A stretch of DNA of 64,000 nucleotides from contig JBNRSN020000007.1 in the NCBI GenBank assembly GCA_051313645.2, forward strand, positions 194,556,001 through 194,620,000, in the 5' to 3' direction. Positions 11,445-23,479 of this stretch are shown here, piece after piece. Both the position numbers and the translations under genes were made by a program. Source of the stretch: Centroscyllium fabricii (Eukaryota). How positions within the stretch are numbered: position 1 is the first letter of the stretch; every line of letters begins with the position of its first letter. A model generated the notes under the pieces. The model did not search any database and was not told where the DNA came from. It was given only the letters and a program-made list of their open reading frames with translations.

Positions 11445-13122
11445 ATTTGTTCATGGGATGTGGGCGTCGCTGGCAATGCAAGCATTTATTGCCCATCCCG
11501 AATTGCCCTCGAGAAGATGGTGGTGAGCCACCTTCTTGAACAACTGCAGTCCGTGTGGTGAAGATACTCCCGCAGTGCTGTTAAAGAGGGAGTTCCAGGA
11601 TTTTGACCCAGTGACAAAGAAGGAACGGTGATATATTTCCAAGTCAAATGGTGTGTAATTTGGAGGGGAACTTTCAGGTGATGGTGTTCCCATGCACCTG
11701 CTGCCCTTGTCCTTCTAGGTGGTAGAGGTTGCTGGTTTGGGAGGGGCTGCTGAAGAAGCCTTGGTGAGTTGCTGCAGTGCATCTTGTAGATGGTACACAC
11801 TGCAGCCATGGTGCGCTGGTGGTGGAGGGAGTGAATGTTTAAGGTGGTGGATGGGGTGCCAATCAAGCGGGCGGCTTTGTCCTGGATGGTGTCGAGCTTC
11901 TTGAGTGCTGTTGGAGCTGCACTCATCCAGGCAAGTGGAGAGTATTCCATCACACTCCTGACTTGTATCTTGTAGATGCTGGAAAGACTTGAGTCAGGAG
12001 GTGAGACACTCACCACAGAATACCCAGTTTCTGACCTGCTCTTGTTGCCACAGTATTTATGTGGCTGGTCCAGTTGAGTTTCTGGTCAATGGTGACCCCC
12101 CCAGGATGTTGATGGTGGGGGATTCAGTGATGGCAATACTGTTGAATGTCACGGGGTGTTGGTTAGACTCTCGCTTGTTGGAGATAGTCATTGCCTGGCA
12201 CTTGTGTGGCGTGAATGTTACTTGCCACTTATCAGCCCAAGCCTGAATGTCGTCCAGGTCTTGCTGCATGCAGGCATGGACTGCTTCATTATCTGAGAAG
12301 TTGTGAATGGCACTGAACACTGTGCAGTCATTAGCGAACATCCACACTTCGAACCTTATGATGGAGGGAAGGTCACTGATAAAGCAGCTGAAGATGGTTG
12401 GGCCTAGGACACTGCCCTGAGGAACTCCTGCAGCGATGTCCTGGGGCTGTGATAATTGACCTCCAACCACCGCAACCATCTTGCTTTGTGCTAGGTATGA
12501 CTCTAGCCAGTGGAGTTTCCCCCCCACCCCGATTCCCATTGACTTCAGTTTTACTGGAGCTTCTTGACGCCAAACTCGGTCAAATGCTGCCTTGATGTCA
12601 AGGGCAGTCACTCTCACCTCACGAATTTAGCTCTTTTGTCCATGTTTGGACCAAGGCTGTAATGAGGTCTGGAGCCGAGTGGACCTGGCAGAATCCAAAC
12701 TGGGCATCAGTGAGCAGGTTATTAGTGAGTAAGTGCTGCTTGATAGCACTGTCGATGACACCTTCCATCACTTTGCTGATGATTGTGAGTGGACTGATGG
12801 GGCGGTATTAGGCTGGATTGGATTTGTCCTGCGTTTTGTGGACAGCACATAACTGGGCAGTTTTCCTCATTGTCGGATAGATGCAAGTGTTGTAGTTGTA
12901 CTGGAACAGCTTGGCTAGAGGTGCAGCTAATTCTGGAGCACAAGTCTTCAGCACGACAGCCGGAATGTTGTCAGGCCCATAGCCTTTGCTGTATCCAATG
13001 CGCTCAGCCATTTATTGATATCACGTGGAGTGAATCGAATTGGCTGAAGACTTATTTGTGTGAGGTGGGGACCACAGGAGGAGGCCGATATGGATCATCC
13101 ACTCGGTACTTCTGGCTGAAGA
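11445..13122 (-). mobile_element. Degenerate CR1/L2-group LINE of a second family (RT and 3' end)
   Basis: GPDNIPAVVLKTCAPELAAPL, ALDIKAAFDRVW, GVPQGSVLGP, FAND, WADKWQVTF, VRSVMEYSPLAW. Confidence 0.8.
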
Positions 13123-13124
13123 TA

Positions 13125-16100
13125 GAAACAGAGTAGATAGGAGCAGGAGTAGGCTATTCAGCCCCTCGAGCCTGCGCTGCCATTTAATGAGATCATGGCT
13201 GATCATCCAAATTCAGTACCCTGTCCCTGCTTTCTCCCCATCTCCCTATAGCCTTAAGAAATATATCTAACTACTTCTTGAATATATTTAATGAATTGGC
13301 TTCAACTGCCTTCTGTGGTAGAGAATTCCACAGGTTCACCACTCACTGGGTGAAGAAATTCCTCATCATCTCTGTCCTAAATGGCTTATCCCTTATCCTT
13401 AGACTGTGGCCCCTGGTTCTGGACTCGCCTGCCATCAGGAACATCCTTCCTGCATCTAGTCTGTCTAGTCCTGTTCGAATTTTATAGGTTTCTTCCAAAC
13501 TCCAGTGGATATAAGCCCAATCGACCCAATCTCTCCTCATACGTCATTCCTGCCATCCCAGGTATCAGTCTGGTGAATCTTCGCTGCACTCCCTCCATGG
13601 CAAGGACATCCTTCCTCAGATAAGGTAACCAAAACTGCACACAATGCTCAAGGTGTGGTCTCACCAAGCCCTGCACAACTGCAGTAAGACATCCTTGTTC
13701 CTGTACCCAAATCCTCACTACGAAGGCCAACATACCATTTGCCTTCTTAACCGCTTGCTGCACCTGCATGCTAACCTTCAGCGACTGGTGCACAAGGACA
13801 CCCAGGTCGCGTTGCACTTCCCCTTCTCCTAATCTATTGCCGTTCAGATATTAATCTGCCTTCCTGTTTTTGCCACCAAAGTGGATAACCTCGCATTTAT
13901 ACACATTATACAGCATCTGCCATACATCTGCCCAATCACCCAACCTGTCCAAATCATACTGGAATTTCTCGGCATGCTCCTCACAGCACACACGCCCACC
14001 CAGCTTTGTGTCGTCTGCAAACTTGGAGATATTGCATCTAGTTCCCTCGTCTAGATCATTAATATATATTGGCCCAGTTTTTCCGATGACTGCAGGGCCG
14101 CAGTGCGTGAGTACGGAGCGGGTACTCACGCGTGCGGCCCTGGGATTGCAGATATACGCCATTTCCCTGGGATACCTGCAATTCTGAAGAAGGCCAGCGG
14201 GGGGTCGGGAGCTGAATCGCGTTGGCCTGCGCACCAGGAGGTGCGCAGTGCACTTCCGATTTTTTTCAGAGTTATTTAAATCGGGGTAAGTATTGAAGTT
14301 TTTACGCCTGAAAATATCAGCCGTAACGACCCCTTTTTATCAGGTAAATCTTTATTTTATAGAATTTAAGTATTTTTTTCAACAGGTTTTTAATTTTTTT
14401 AAACTTTAAAGACAGTTAAGTATTTTTTTAGGGCAGTTAAAAACGTTGAATTTTTTTTCAAAATTTTTATTTTTTGTTTAAAATAGGTAATTTATGTTAG
14501 TTATAGTAATGTTAAACAATGTGGTGTTTTTTAAAATGTATTTTACTGTTTAATTGTTTTTGAGGCTCTTCCTTTTCATAACTTTGACAGAGATCTGTCA
14601 AAGTTATGAATGGAGGCTTCCTTCCCTTGATTGGCTCCCTGCGGACCACGTGGTCCCGCGCGGGCTATCGCACTAACTCCGTCGCTGAGTTGCCTCAGCG
14701 CGGCTCCTGGGGCCTGGAGCAGCACTCCAAATCGGGATTTCAAATCCCAGAATTGGAGAACAGCAGGTGCGCTGGGTAAGTGGACCTCAGAGGCTTACAC
14801 TCGCAGGAAGTCTCCGAGGCTAATTTTTGGGCCATTGTGAATAGCTAGGGTTCTAGCACCGATCCCTGCGGTATCCCACTGTTCACTGCCCGCCACTCAG
14901 AAAAACACCCGTTTATTCCAACTGTTTGCTTCCTGTCTACCAACCAGTTCTCTATCCAAGTTAGTACCTTGCCCCCAATCCCATGCTAATCTCTTATGCG
15001 GGACCTTATCGAAAGCCTTCTGAAAGTCCAAATACACCACATCCACTGGTTCTCCCTTATCTATTCTACCAGATACATCCTCAAAAAATTCCAGTAGATT
15101 AGTCAAGCACGATTTACCTTTTGTAAATCCATGTTGGCTTTGTCCGATCCTGTCACTGTTTTCCAAGTGCTCTGCTATTACATCTTTTATAATGTTCTCT
15201 AGCATTTTCCCCACTACCAATGTCAGGCTTACCAGTCTATAATTCCCTGTTTTCTCTCTGCCACCTTTTTTGAATAGTGGGGTAACATTAGCTACCTTCC
15301 AATCCATGGGAACCGTTCCAGAGTCTATAGAATTTTGGAAGATGACCAGCAATGCATCTACTATTTCTAGGGCCACTTCCTTAAGTACCCTAGGATGTAG
15401 ATTATCAGGCCCTGGGGATTTATCGGCCTTCAATCCCGTCAATTTCCGTAACACCATTTCCCTACAAATACTGATTTCATTCAGTTCTTCCCTCTCATTA
15501 GACCCTATAATCCCCGACATCTCTGGGAGGTTATTTGTGTCCTCCTTTGTGAAGACAGAACCAAAGTATGTATTTAATTGGTCTACCATTTCTTTGTTCC
15601 CCATTATAAATTCCCCTGATTCTAACTGCAAGGGACGTACGCTTGACTTCACCAATCTTTTTCTCTTCACATATCTATAGAAGCTTTTACAGTCACCTTT
15701 TATGTTCCCTGCAAGCTTACTCTCATACTCTATTTCCCCCCTCTTAATTAATCCCTTTGTCCTCCTTTGCTGAATCCTAAATTGCTCCCAATCATCAGGT
15801 TTGCTGCTTTTTCTGGCCAATGTATATGTCCTCTCCTTGGATCTTATGCTATCCCTAATTTTCCTTGTAAGCCACAGTTGAGTCACCTTTTTTGTATTAT
15901 TTTTATGCCAAACAAGGATGAACAAATTCTGTAGTTTATCCATGCGATCTTTAAATGTTTGCCATTGCCTATCCACCGTCAACCCTTTAAGTAATGTTCC
16001 CCAATCCATCCTACCCAACTCGCGCCTCACACCATCGTAGTTTCCTTTATTTAAATTCAGGACCCTAGTCTCCGAGTCAAATACTTCACTCTCCTATCTA

Positions 16101-16205
16101 ACTCCTTCTTGAATATATTTAATGAATTGGCCTCAACGGCCTCTTGTGGTAGAGAATTCCACAGGTTCACCACTCTTTGGGTGAAGAAATTCCTCCTCAT
16201 CTCTG
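13125..16205 (-). mobile_element. Degenerate CR1 LINE ORF2, interrupted by a MITE
   Basis: ORFs 14897-16030 (KSPGPD, NYRLVSLT, SQHGF, DFQKAFD), 13851-14070 (KFADD) and 13482-13817. CR1 3' tail at ~13130-13230. Confidence 0.88.
14071..14833. mobile_element. Non-autonomous DNA transposon, probably PIF/Harbinger-like
   Basis: Interrupts CR1 RT. Termini GGCCCA...TGGGCC are flanked by a 3-bp duplication ATT (14068-70 / 14834-36). CpG-rich arms with an AT-rich core. Confidence 0.65.
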
Positions 16206-16249
16206 GCTAACCCTGTACCTGGAATGGTGATAGAGGAGTTTGGGACAGA

Positions 16250-16410
16250 CCAGGTAAGGATGGCAGATTTGCTATTTGGTCCAGACTTATTTAATTAACT
16301 GAATTTAAATTCCCCAATTGCCGTGGTGGGATTTGAACTCACAGCTCTGGATGATTAGTCCAGGCCTCTGGATTACTAGTCCAGTAACATAACCACGATG
16401 CTATCATTCC
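16250..16410 (-). mobile_element. tRNA-derived SINE head fragment
   Basis: Minus strand reads gtggttatgttactggactagtaatccagagg...gagttcaaatccc (A-box-like and B-box-like). Confidence 0.5.
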
Positions 16411-16744
16411 CGGAGTGGAGTGTACAATTTTACATTTAAATGTGCCATTTATACTTTTGAAAATATAATTTGATGAACTGGAACAGGAGTCAGGGGAGAA
16501 CAGCTGTCAGTGTGAAAGATGACTCGGAGTGGAACAGCCAGGCAGAACTCACAGAGGCAGGTGTGCAATCACTGAACAATCGGCAGAGTAGGACACAACT
16601 GGGAGTAGAATTGAGACTTACAGCAGAACTAGCAAAATGTTACAGAAGTGTTAAAGGAGGAAACGGAAAGCCAGACAAACATGTGGGATGCAACACAGTG
16701 ACTAAAGATAAATTCATGAACAGAGAAATGGATACATACACACT

Positions 16745-17200
16745 TTGACCACGCTTGATCAGCTCTGATGTACGGGCCACATTGTCCACATGCCCGATAC
16801 GAGACTCCCAAAGCAAGCATACTACTCGGAGCTCCGACCCGGCAAGAAAGCCCCAGGTGGGCAGAGGAAACGCTTCAAGGGCACCCTCAAAGCCTCCTTG
16901 AAAAAGTGCAACATCTCCACCGACATCCCTGGCCCAAGACCGCACAAAGTAGAGGAGAAGCATCCGGGAAGGCTCCGAACACCTCGAGTCTCTTCGCCGG
17001 GACCAGGCGGAAGCCAAGCGCAGGCAGCACAAGGAGCGCACGTCAACCCAAACACCCCACCCACCTGCCCCTTCAACCACCATCTGCCCCACCTGTGACT
17101 GAGACTGTAGGTCCCGCACTGGACTCATCAGTCACCTGAAAACTCATTTTTAGTGAGGAAGCAAGTCATCTTCGGTTCCAAGGGACTGCCTAAGAAGAAG
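16745..17200 (+). mobile_element. RTE-clade LINE 3' fragment
   Basis: MPDTRLPKQAYYSELRPGKKAPGGQRKRFKGTLKASLKKCNI, a C-terminal CPTC..GLISH-like motif, and gggactgcct(aag)n tail. Confidence 0.85.
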
Positions 17201-17381
17201 AAAAACATACATACTCTTCTTGCATTGATATGGCAAACAGGAAGCGAAGAAAACAGAACAAGGAGGGAAAAAAAACCTGGATAACCATTTGACTATACAA
17301 TTAAAACTAACGTGAAGGTTCCATTTATATATCTTTCTGCTCTTAGAAAGGAATCTGAAACTCACTAATAAAAATATAATA

Positions 17382-17831
17382 CAGGTTGTGCACCATTAAT
17401 CGGTTACCTGATAAGCCGGCAGCTTCAGTCTGCACATGCGCAAAATGGCCGCCGCGATGGATGCTTCAGTGAATAATCTGTGCATGCACCGCCGAACGGT
17501 GAGCGCATGCGCAGATCATTCACAATGGCCGCTGAAGTTTTTAATCATCTGCGCATGCGCTGCCGAATGATGCCGGGCCTTCCCGAGCCTCACCTTACCG
17601 AGCTGGGGCTTCCCGAGCCGGGCCTCGCCTTACCGAGCCGGGCCGGGGCTCCCCGGGCCGGACCGAGCCTCCTCGAGCCGGGCCTTACCAACGATAAGCG
17701 CAGACCACTCAAAATGGCGGCCGGCCTCTCGCGGTGGCCATTTTGAATAGGCTGCGCATGCGCTCGCCGAAACTTCACTTACCCGGCACGGGCCTGGTCC
17801 TGCCTGTGGCAGACTAATGGTGCTCAACCTG
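17382..17831. mobile_element. Tigger/pogo-like MITE (copy 2)
   Basis: TA|CAGGTTGTGCACCATTA...TAATGGTGCTCAACCTG|TA. Confidence 0.85.
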
Positions 17832-18074
17832 TAGTAATAAATAATAGTTGGAAAATGTAATACTTAGAAATTGTTGCCATTAAGTATGTAATTGCAGTGG
17901 AGTATACAGTTTTGCATTTAAATGTACCATTTATACTTTTGAAAATATTAGATAAACTGGAACAGCAGTCAGGAGAACAGCAATGCTGGAACTCCATGTT
18001 TGAATCGCTCCAATAAGGTTTCTGCCCTGCCACAGCACTGAAACGGCCCTCATCAAAGTCACAAATGTGACAGC

Positions 18075-18752
18075 ACAAAGGTAAGAAGGCAAATGGTCTG
18101 TTGGCCTTCATAGCGAGAGGGTTCGAGTGCAGGAGAAAGGATGTCTTGCTGCAGCTGTACAGGGCCTTGGGGAGACCACATCTCGAGCATTGTGTGCAGT
18201 TTTGGTCGCCTTATCTGAGGAAGGATGTTCTTGCCATGGAAGGAGTGCAGCGAAGATTCACCAGACTGATACCTGGGATGGCAGGAATGATGTATGAGGA
18301 GAGATTGGGTCGATTGGGCTTGTACTCGCTGGAGTTCAGAAGAATAAGAGGGGATCTCATTGAAACTTATAAAATTCTAACAGGAATAGACTAGATGCAG
18401 GAAGGATGTTCCCGATGGTCGGGGAGTCCAGAACCAGGGGTCACAGTCGAAGGATAAGGGGTAAGTCATTTAGGACTGAGATGAGGAGGAATTTCTTCAC
18501 CTAGAGAGTGGTGAACCTGTGGAATTCTCTACCACAGAAGGCAGTTGAGGCCAATTCATTAAATATATTCAAGAAGGAGTTAGATATATTTCTTAAGGCT
18601 AAAGAGATCAAGGGATATGGAGAGAAAGCAGGGACAGGATATGGCAATAGGGCCAGTGAATGGAGTTGAGGCAGAAGATCAGCCATGATCTCACTGAATG
18701 ACGGAGCAGGCTCGAAGGGCCGAATGGTCTACTCCTGCTCCGATTTCTTATG
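18075..18752 (+). mobile_element. CR1 3' fragment
   Basis: AFIARGFE...RPHLEHCVQFWSP...VQRRFTRLIPGM, followed by a CR1 tail. Confidence 0.88.
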
Positions 18753-18883
18753 ACAACACAGGTATGACAAACCTAGCAATGAACAACCAACAAGCAACAT
18801 AAACCAACCAATGAAGTCACTCAAAATCATTTTTCAAACGGAGTTTGGTGGCCATTTTGCTTTCTCACTGAGCCTACGATACA

Positions 18884-19200
18884 TAGGTTGAGCACCGTTA
18901 ATCCAGCAGGGGGCGTGACCAGGACTGTGCCGAATTTTTGAAAACGGCGAATGATTGAAGTTCGGTAAGCGTATGCGCAGACCATTCAAAATGGCCACTG
19001 TGAAATTTTGAATGGTCTGCGCATGCACTTGCCGAAGCATCAATCGTTCGGGGAAGAGGCCCGGGCATGCGCAGCCGATTGCGACGGCCATATTGCGCAT
19101 GCGCAGACCAGTCGGCGAGAGGCCCGGGCATGCGCAGCCACGCGCGGTGGCCATTTTGGCGTGTGCGCAGGGTAGTCGGGCAGAGGCCTGAACATGTGTG
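18884..19200. mobile_element. Tigger/pogo-like MITE, truncated (copy 3)
   Basis: TAGGTTGAGCACCGTTAATCC terminus (C>T at first base), several GCGCATGCGC and ATGGCC motifs. Right end is missing. Confidence 0.7.
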
Positions 19201-19227
19201 TGGCGAGGGTGCCGATGGTAGACAGAG

Positions 19228-19560
19228 TTAGTGGTGAGTGACAGAGTTCAGCTGGGTAACAGCCCTAGGGAAGAAGCTGTTCCTGAGCCTGGTCGTGCAG
19301 GCTCGAATGCATCTGTAGCGCCTCCCAAATGGCAGGGGGGCAAACAGTCTGTGGCTGGGATGGGTGGGGTGCCTGATGATGCGGAGCAAACTACGCAGGC
19401 AACGTTTCTGGTAAATGTCCTGAATGGCAGGAAGCTGGGTGCCGGTGATGTACTGGGCAGTTTTGACTACCCGCTGCAGGGCTTTCTGGTCAGAGGTGGA
19501 GCAGCTGCCATACCACACCGTGATGCAGTTGGTCAGGATGCTCTCTATTGTGCAGCGCTA
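19228..19560 (-). mobile_element. Rex1/Babar LINE ORF 3' fragment
   Basis: WYGSCSTSDQKALQRVVKTAQYITGTQLP...HPSHRLF..LPFGRRYR...RLRNSFFPRAV. Confidence 0.8.
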
Positions 19561-20226
19561 GCAGTTGGAGAGAAGCTGGGGAAAAAAAAGGGGGCACTTT
19601 TGTTTGGTTTTGGGTTGATCACACTGGGGCAGCCCAGTGTCTCCGGAAATGGAACACTGCTGGAGGCTGAGTGCATGCGCACTTATTATTCATCGGGCCT
19701 TCGTTTTCCCCTCCCGAGGTGCGAAATTTCAACGGGGGTTCGGCAGTTTTTGGGGAGGCTGTTCTCCGTCAGGACGAGAGGCGGGTCTCAGGCCTCCAAC
19801 CTTCACTCCCGGTTTGCAGGTTTGGAAGACTCAGGAGTGCCAATGTGGCGTCGAGCTTGGTCACCCGGTCATCATACACCTATTCAGGAGATGCGAGTGC
19901 GGAAGATCTTGGAAGTCGCCAGTCCGTGAGGTAGTCCCGTAACCATCGAAAACCTAGATTCAGCAGTGTATTGCAGTGAATGGAAGAAGGATAACAACAT
20001 TGAGCTGAAGAGCCGGAGCATAAGCAGACCCACGGTGATGGTGCCGGAGAATGGCTTGACGTCTTGCGGGTTCCGGGCGTGCTATGTATCTTTAATGTTC
20101 TTTTGTTGCGTGGTTGATGTGTGGCGCGTGTGGAATAGCAGTATGCATTTCACTGTGTGAATTTTTCTTGTTCGGTTCATGTGACAGTAAAATTTACTTA
20201 CTTGCTTCTCGCCTGTCCTGGAGTTG

Positions 20227-20394
20227 ACAAATGCAAGAAGTCACACAACACCAGGTTATAGTCCAACAGTTTTATTTGAAATCACAACTGCTCCGAAAGC
20301 TTGTGATTTCAAATAAAACTGTTGGACTATAACCTGGTGTTGTGTGACTTTCTGCATTTGTCCACCCCAGTCCAACACCGGCACCTCCACATCA
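20227..20394 (+). mobile_element. Short Penelope pLTR insertion with inverted 5' copy
   Basis: 20227-20287 is an inverted copy of 20301-20361. Flanked by a 13-bp direct repeat tgtcctggagttg (20214-20226 / 20395-20407). Confidence 0.8.
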
Positions 20395-20409
20395 TGTCCT
20401 GGAGTTGGC

Positions 20410-22330
20410 ACGTTTCTTGCCGTTCGGAAACCCGCACTGAATACATCTCGCTTCGGACCATTAATGAAGAGGAGCGCATGCGCGGACCGCAGCAACGTCT
20501 CATTCGCAGTTGGGTGACGGTGCCGAAGGACGCATGCGCGGGACAGAAGCCGCCGATTGCCTCAGTGTGGTGGAAGAACGAAGCGGCAGCCGTTTGAGGA
20601 GAGAAGCGCAAGCGTCGCTCGCACAGCAACCAAAAAAAACAGACCCGGGGTGGCAGTTAGCTTCGCGTTGGAAAACGGTAAGGGATCAGCGGGCATTTTC
20701 TGACGGTAGCCGCCACAATGAGAGGAGAAGAAGCCGCCGCCTCTTAATGGCTGCCGGATCCCGTTCTTCACACAAAGGGCCGCTCAGTCAACATGGCCGA
20801 CACAAAGAGAGGGGGGGGGAGGGAGGAGGGGCTGTGAGCCTCGGTGAAAGCAGCTGGCGGGTTGCGAGACGCCGCGGCGGGGCTGGCGTTCGGTTGTGCG
20901 GCGGCGAGGACGGCGAGCTGGGCGGGCGGGCGGAGTGCCGCTCTCGGGGGCCGCGCTCGGAGCTTGGCGGCTGGAAGAGCGGCGCGCCTCAAAATGGCGG
21001 CCGGCACTGCCCGCAGGGAGAGGAGGAGGAGGGGCAGCTCCCTCAACCCGTCACCCGCACACACTGCCCGCCTGGAGAAAGACAAGACTAACATTAGTTT
21101 TACGACTGAATTTTAAAAAGTGTTTGGAAGCTGGAAGCCATTAATCCCACACCAACTCGCCACACAACAATGCTATGCATTTATATAGCGCCTTCAATGT
21201 CCCACGGCGCTGCTGCGTAGGAGTGTAAACGGACAAAAAAAAATCACCTCACGCTGTCGGCACTCGTGCTGAATCTTCACCCGACCCGAGATCCCTCGAG
21301 AGTTTCTCGCCCACCGACGCACAATTCGCATCCACACACTCGTAAAATTCACTCGTTTAGTGAACCAAACGTGTTTTTCCTGCTTGAAATCAGAAAAAAA
21401 TTTGGGAATGGAGCAAACGCCACCCGTCTTGTCAGAAGCCTGCCTGGCCTGGTCCAGGAGAGCCTGTGTCAGGCTGGGCAGCGCGCTTCACCCTTTGACT
21501 CTGGGCCGCCGTCTTTCAGCGGGAACCAATCCTCGGCACAAGGTCGGCCGGCGGACTGAGCAAAACGGCGTTTTTGTGGGAGACCCAGCTCGCACCGGTC
21601 CGGCGCTTTTGAGTGTTATTTTTGATCGACCTCTCTTCCTTTTCCGTTAAAGCCTGTGTAACCGCTTCTTGTCTGGCTTTATTTGAAAACACTTCATTGC
21701 TTGGCGGGCGGCCGGCCAACCGTTCCGGGGCCGGAGCGCGCGTGCGTGGGGCTCTTGGCGCGATTTTTCCCAGTGGCGCGGGCCTGGAGATGCGCATGCG
21801 TCGGCTGCTCCGTCTCGGGGACATGCGCAGTTCGTCGGCTATTTCGCCTCGGGGACATGCGCAGTTCGGCGGGGCGGCTGACTGCGCTTGCGGCCGATGA
21901 ACGGGTCGTTCCGCTCGATTCGGGAGACTGCGCTCGGCGCAGTTCGGGAGGGAGCATCGGTGCCTCTGTATCCAGGGTAAGGAGCTTTGGCCGGGCGGGG
22001 GGCAGCAGTTCGGAGCGTGAACTCGTAACCCGTTCCAGCGTTCAAATGAAATCGGCCGCTTTTAATGGTTGCCGCATCCCTCCTTAACATGGCGGACGCA
22101 GCGAGACGGTGGGGTGGGTGGGGAAGGAAGGGTCGCCCAGGAGTTGGCGGACAGGCCGACCTTCGAGTACAGCGGCGGGCAAAGTCAAGCGAGCGACGAC
22201 AGAGGAAGCGGGCATGTTGTAGAGACGTCCGAAATTTTCTGCTTGAATGGGGGTTTGCGTTTTAAAATGGCGGATGAGTTTTCGTGCTCCCCTGGGAAAA
22301 GAGGGAAACTCGCATGGATCATGCGTTAAA
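20410..22330 (+). promoter_or_regulatory. CpG island / probable NCOA5 promoter with candidate non-coding first exons (donors after 20677 and 21976)
   Basis: Dense CpG. NRF1-like GCGCATGCG at ~20473 and ~21792, YY1-like AAAATGGCGG/AACATGGCGG at ~20991, ~22086 and ~22264, GC boxes. G|GTAAGG donors at 20678 and 21977. Lies ~6 kb upstream of the first coding exon. Confidence 0.75.
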
Positions 22331-23479
22331 TATTTACATCAAAATTGCTTCTCCATACATTATTAAATGACCTGTTATTGTCTCAACATTTTTTCTATAA
22401 AACCATTCCGAATCGAGGAGGCGAGTAAAGGCAAAGATTTTCTCTGCGTCATTTGTCGAAATTAACCGTTACTTACAGCAATAGGTTTCTATTGGCAACT
22501 ACAGTTCTCAGTTGCTATTTCAAACATTTTACCTGCAAATCATTTACTCAGCACTTTTCTACTTATGCCGATACTTAAATCGATTGATCTCACTCCCGTG
22601 CGTTTCTGATCTGAGCAAAGATCTTCTCGGATATGCATTTACCAATAAAGCACCTATCTCCGCGTTGTAAGCGTTTTCTATTCTACTTTCACTGTTGCAA
22701 AGATTTTGTTTCAGCTAAACACATTTAAGTTTCTTGTCACAGAAACATGTTCACTGTTCAGTGTTTTATCTTTTTGCTATAAACTACAACCTTTCACCAA
22801 TTGAGGAAAGTTCCATATTTAATTGCAGTAGGTTTGATTTATTGGCGACTTTTAACATTTCACAACTGGTACTCATGAAGACACTGATTTCGATTTAAAA
22901 CCTTACACAACTTACAAGAACATAGAGCCTTCTTATCAAAAGTTATATCTAATCTGCTTTCAATCAAATGGTGTAGATGTTCAGAAGGCACTACTTAAAG
23001 TAGTAACTTATAAGTTATAACTTGTTTTGAAGTGATATGCATACAGAACAAGTATTGTGACTGGTTAGACTTTGATCGTTAATATAAATTTGCAAAGGAT
23101 TGCTTGTAAAGAAGTAGTATTTAAGGGGATGTCAATGTACTTCTGAAGTAGAAATTAGTTAACCTGCCATACCTACGGTAATGGGTAATAGCAAAAGGGC
23201 TCTTAAGCTGGTGGTACCCTATGATTTGTCTAGCTGGCTGACAATGGAAAAACCTGGGGTAACTTTAGTGTGTGCATACAAATTAGTTTGTTTTCTGCAC
23301 TGATTATGAAATGGTGTGATATATTGAACTCTAGTCACCCTGATTCCTTTCCTATCGATTTCCAGTCATAGCCAGAGAATCACCTGCAATGGATTCTCTT
23401 CCTGATCCTGCATTCTATCCCATGGCAACATAATCTGAAAACACAACTTAAAGTTCCACCTTTATGCTGATTTGCCCCT

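Noticed and set aside
19231-19929. 232-aa + strand ORF
   Set aside because: Antisense to a Rex1/Babar fragment plus adjacent repeat-like sequence, with no recognisable domain or exon structure.
20510-22329. Multiple ORFs in the GC-rich region
   Set aside because: Expected from low stop-codon frequency in a CpG island; no homology recognised.
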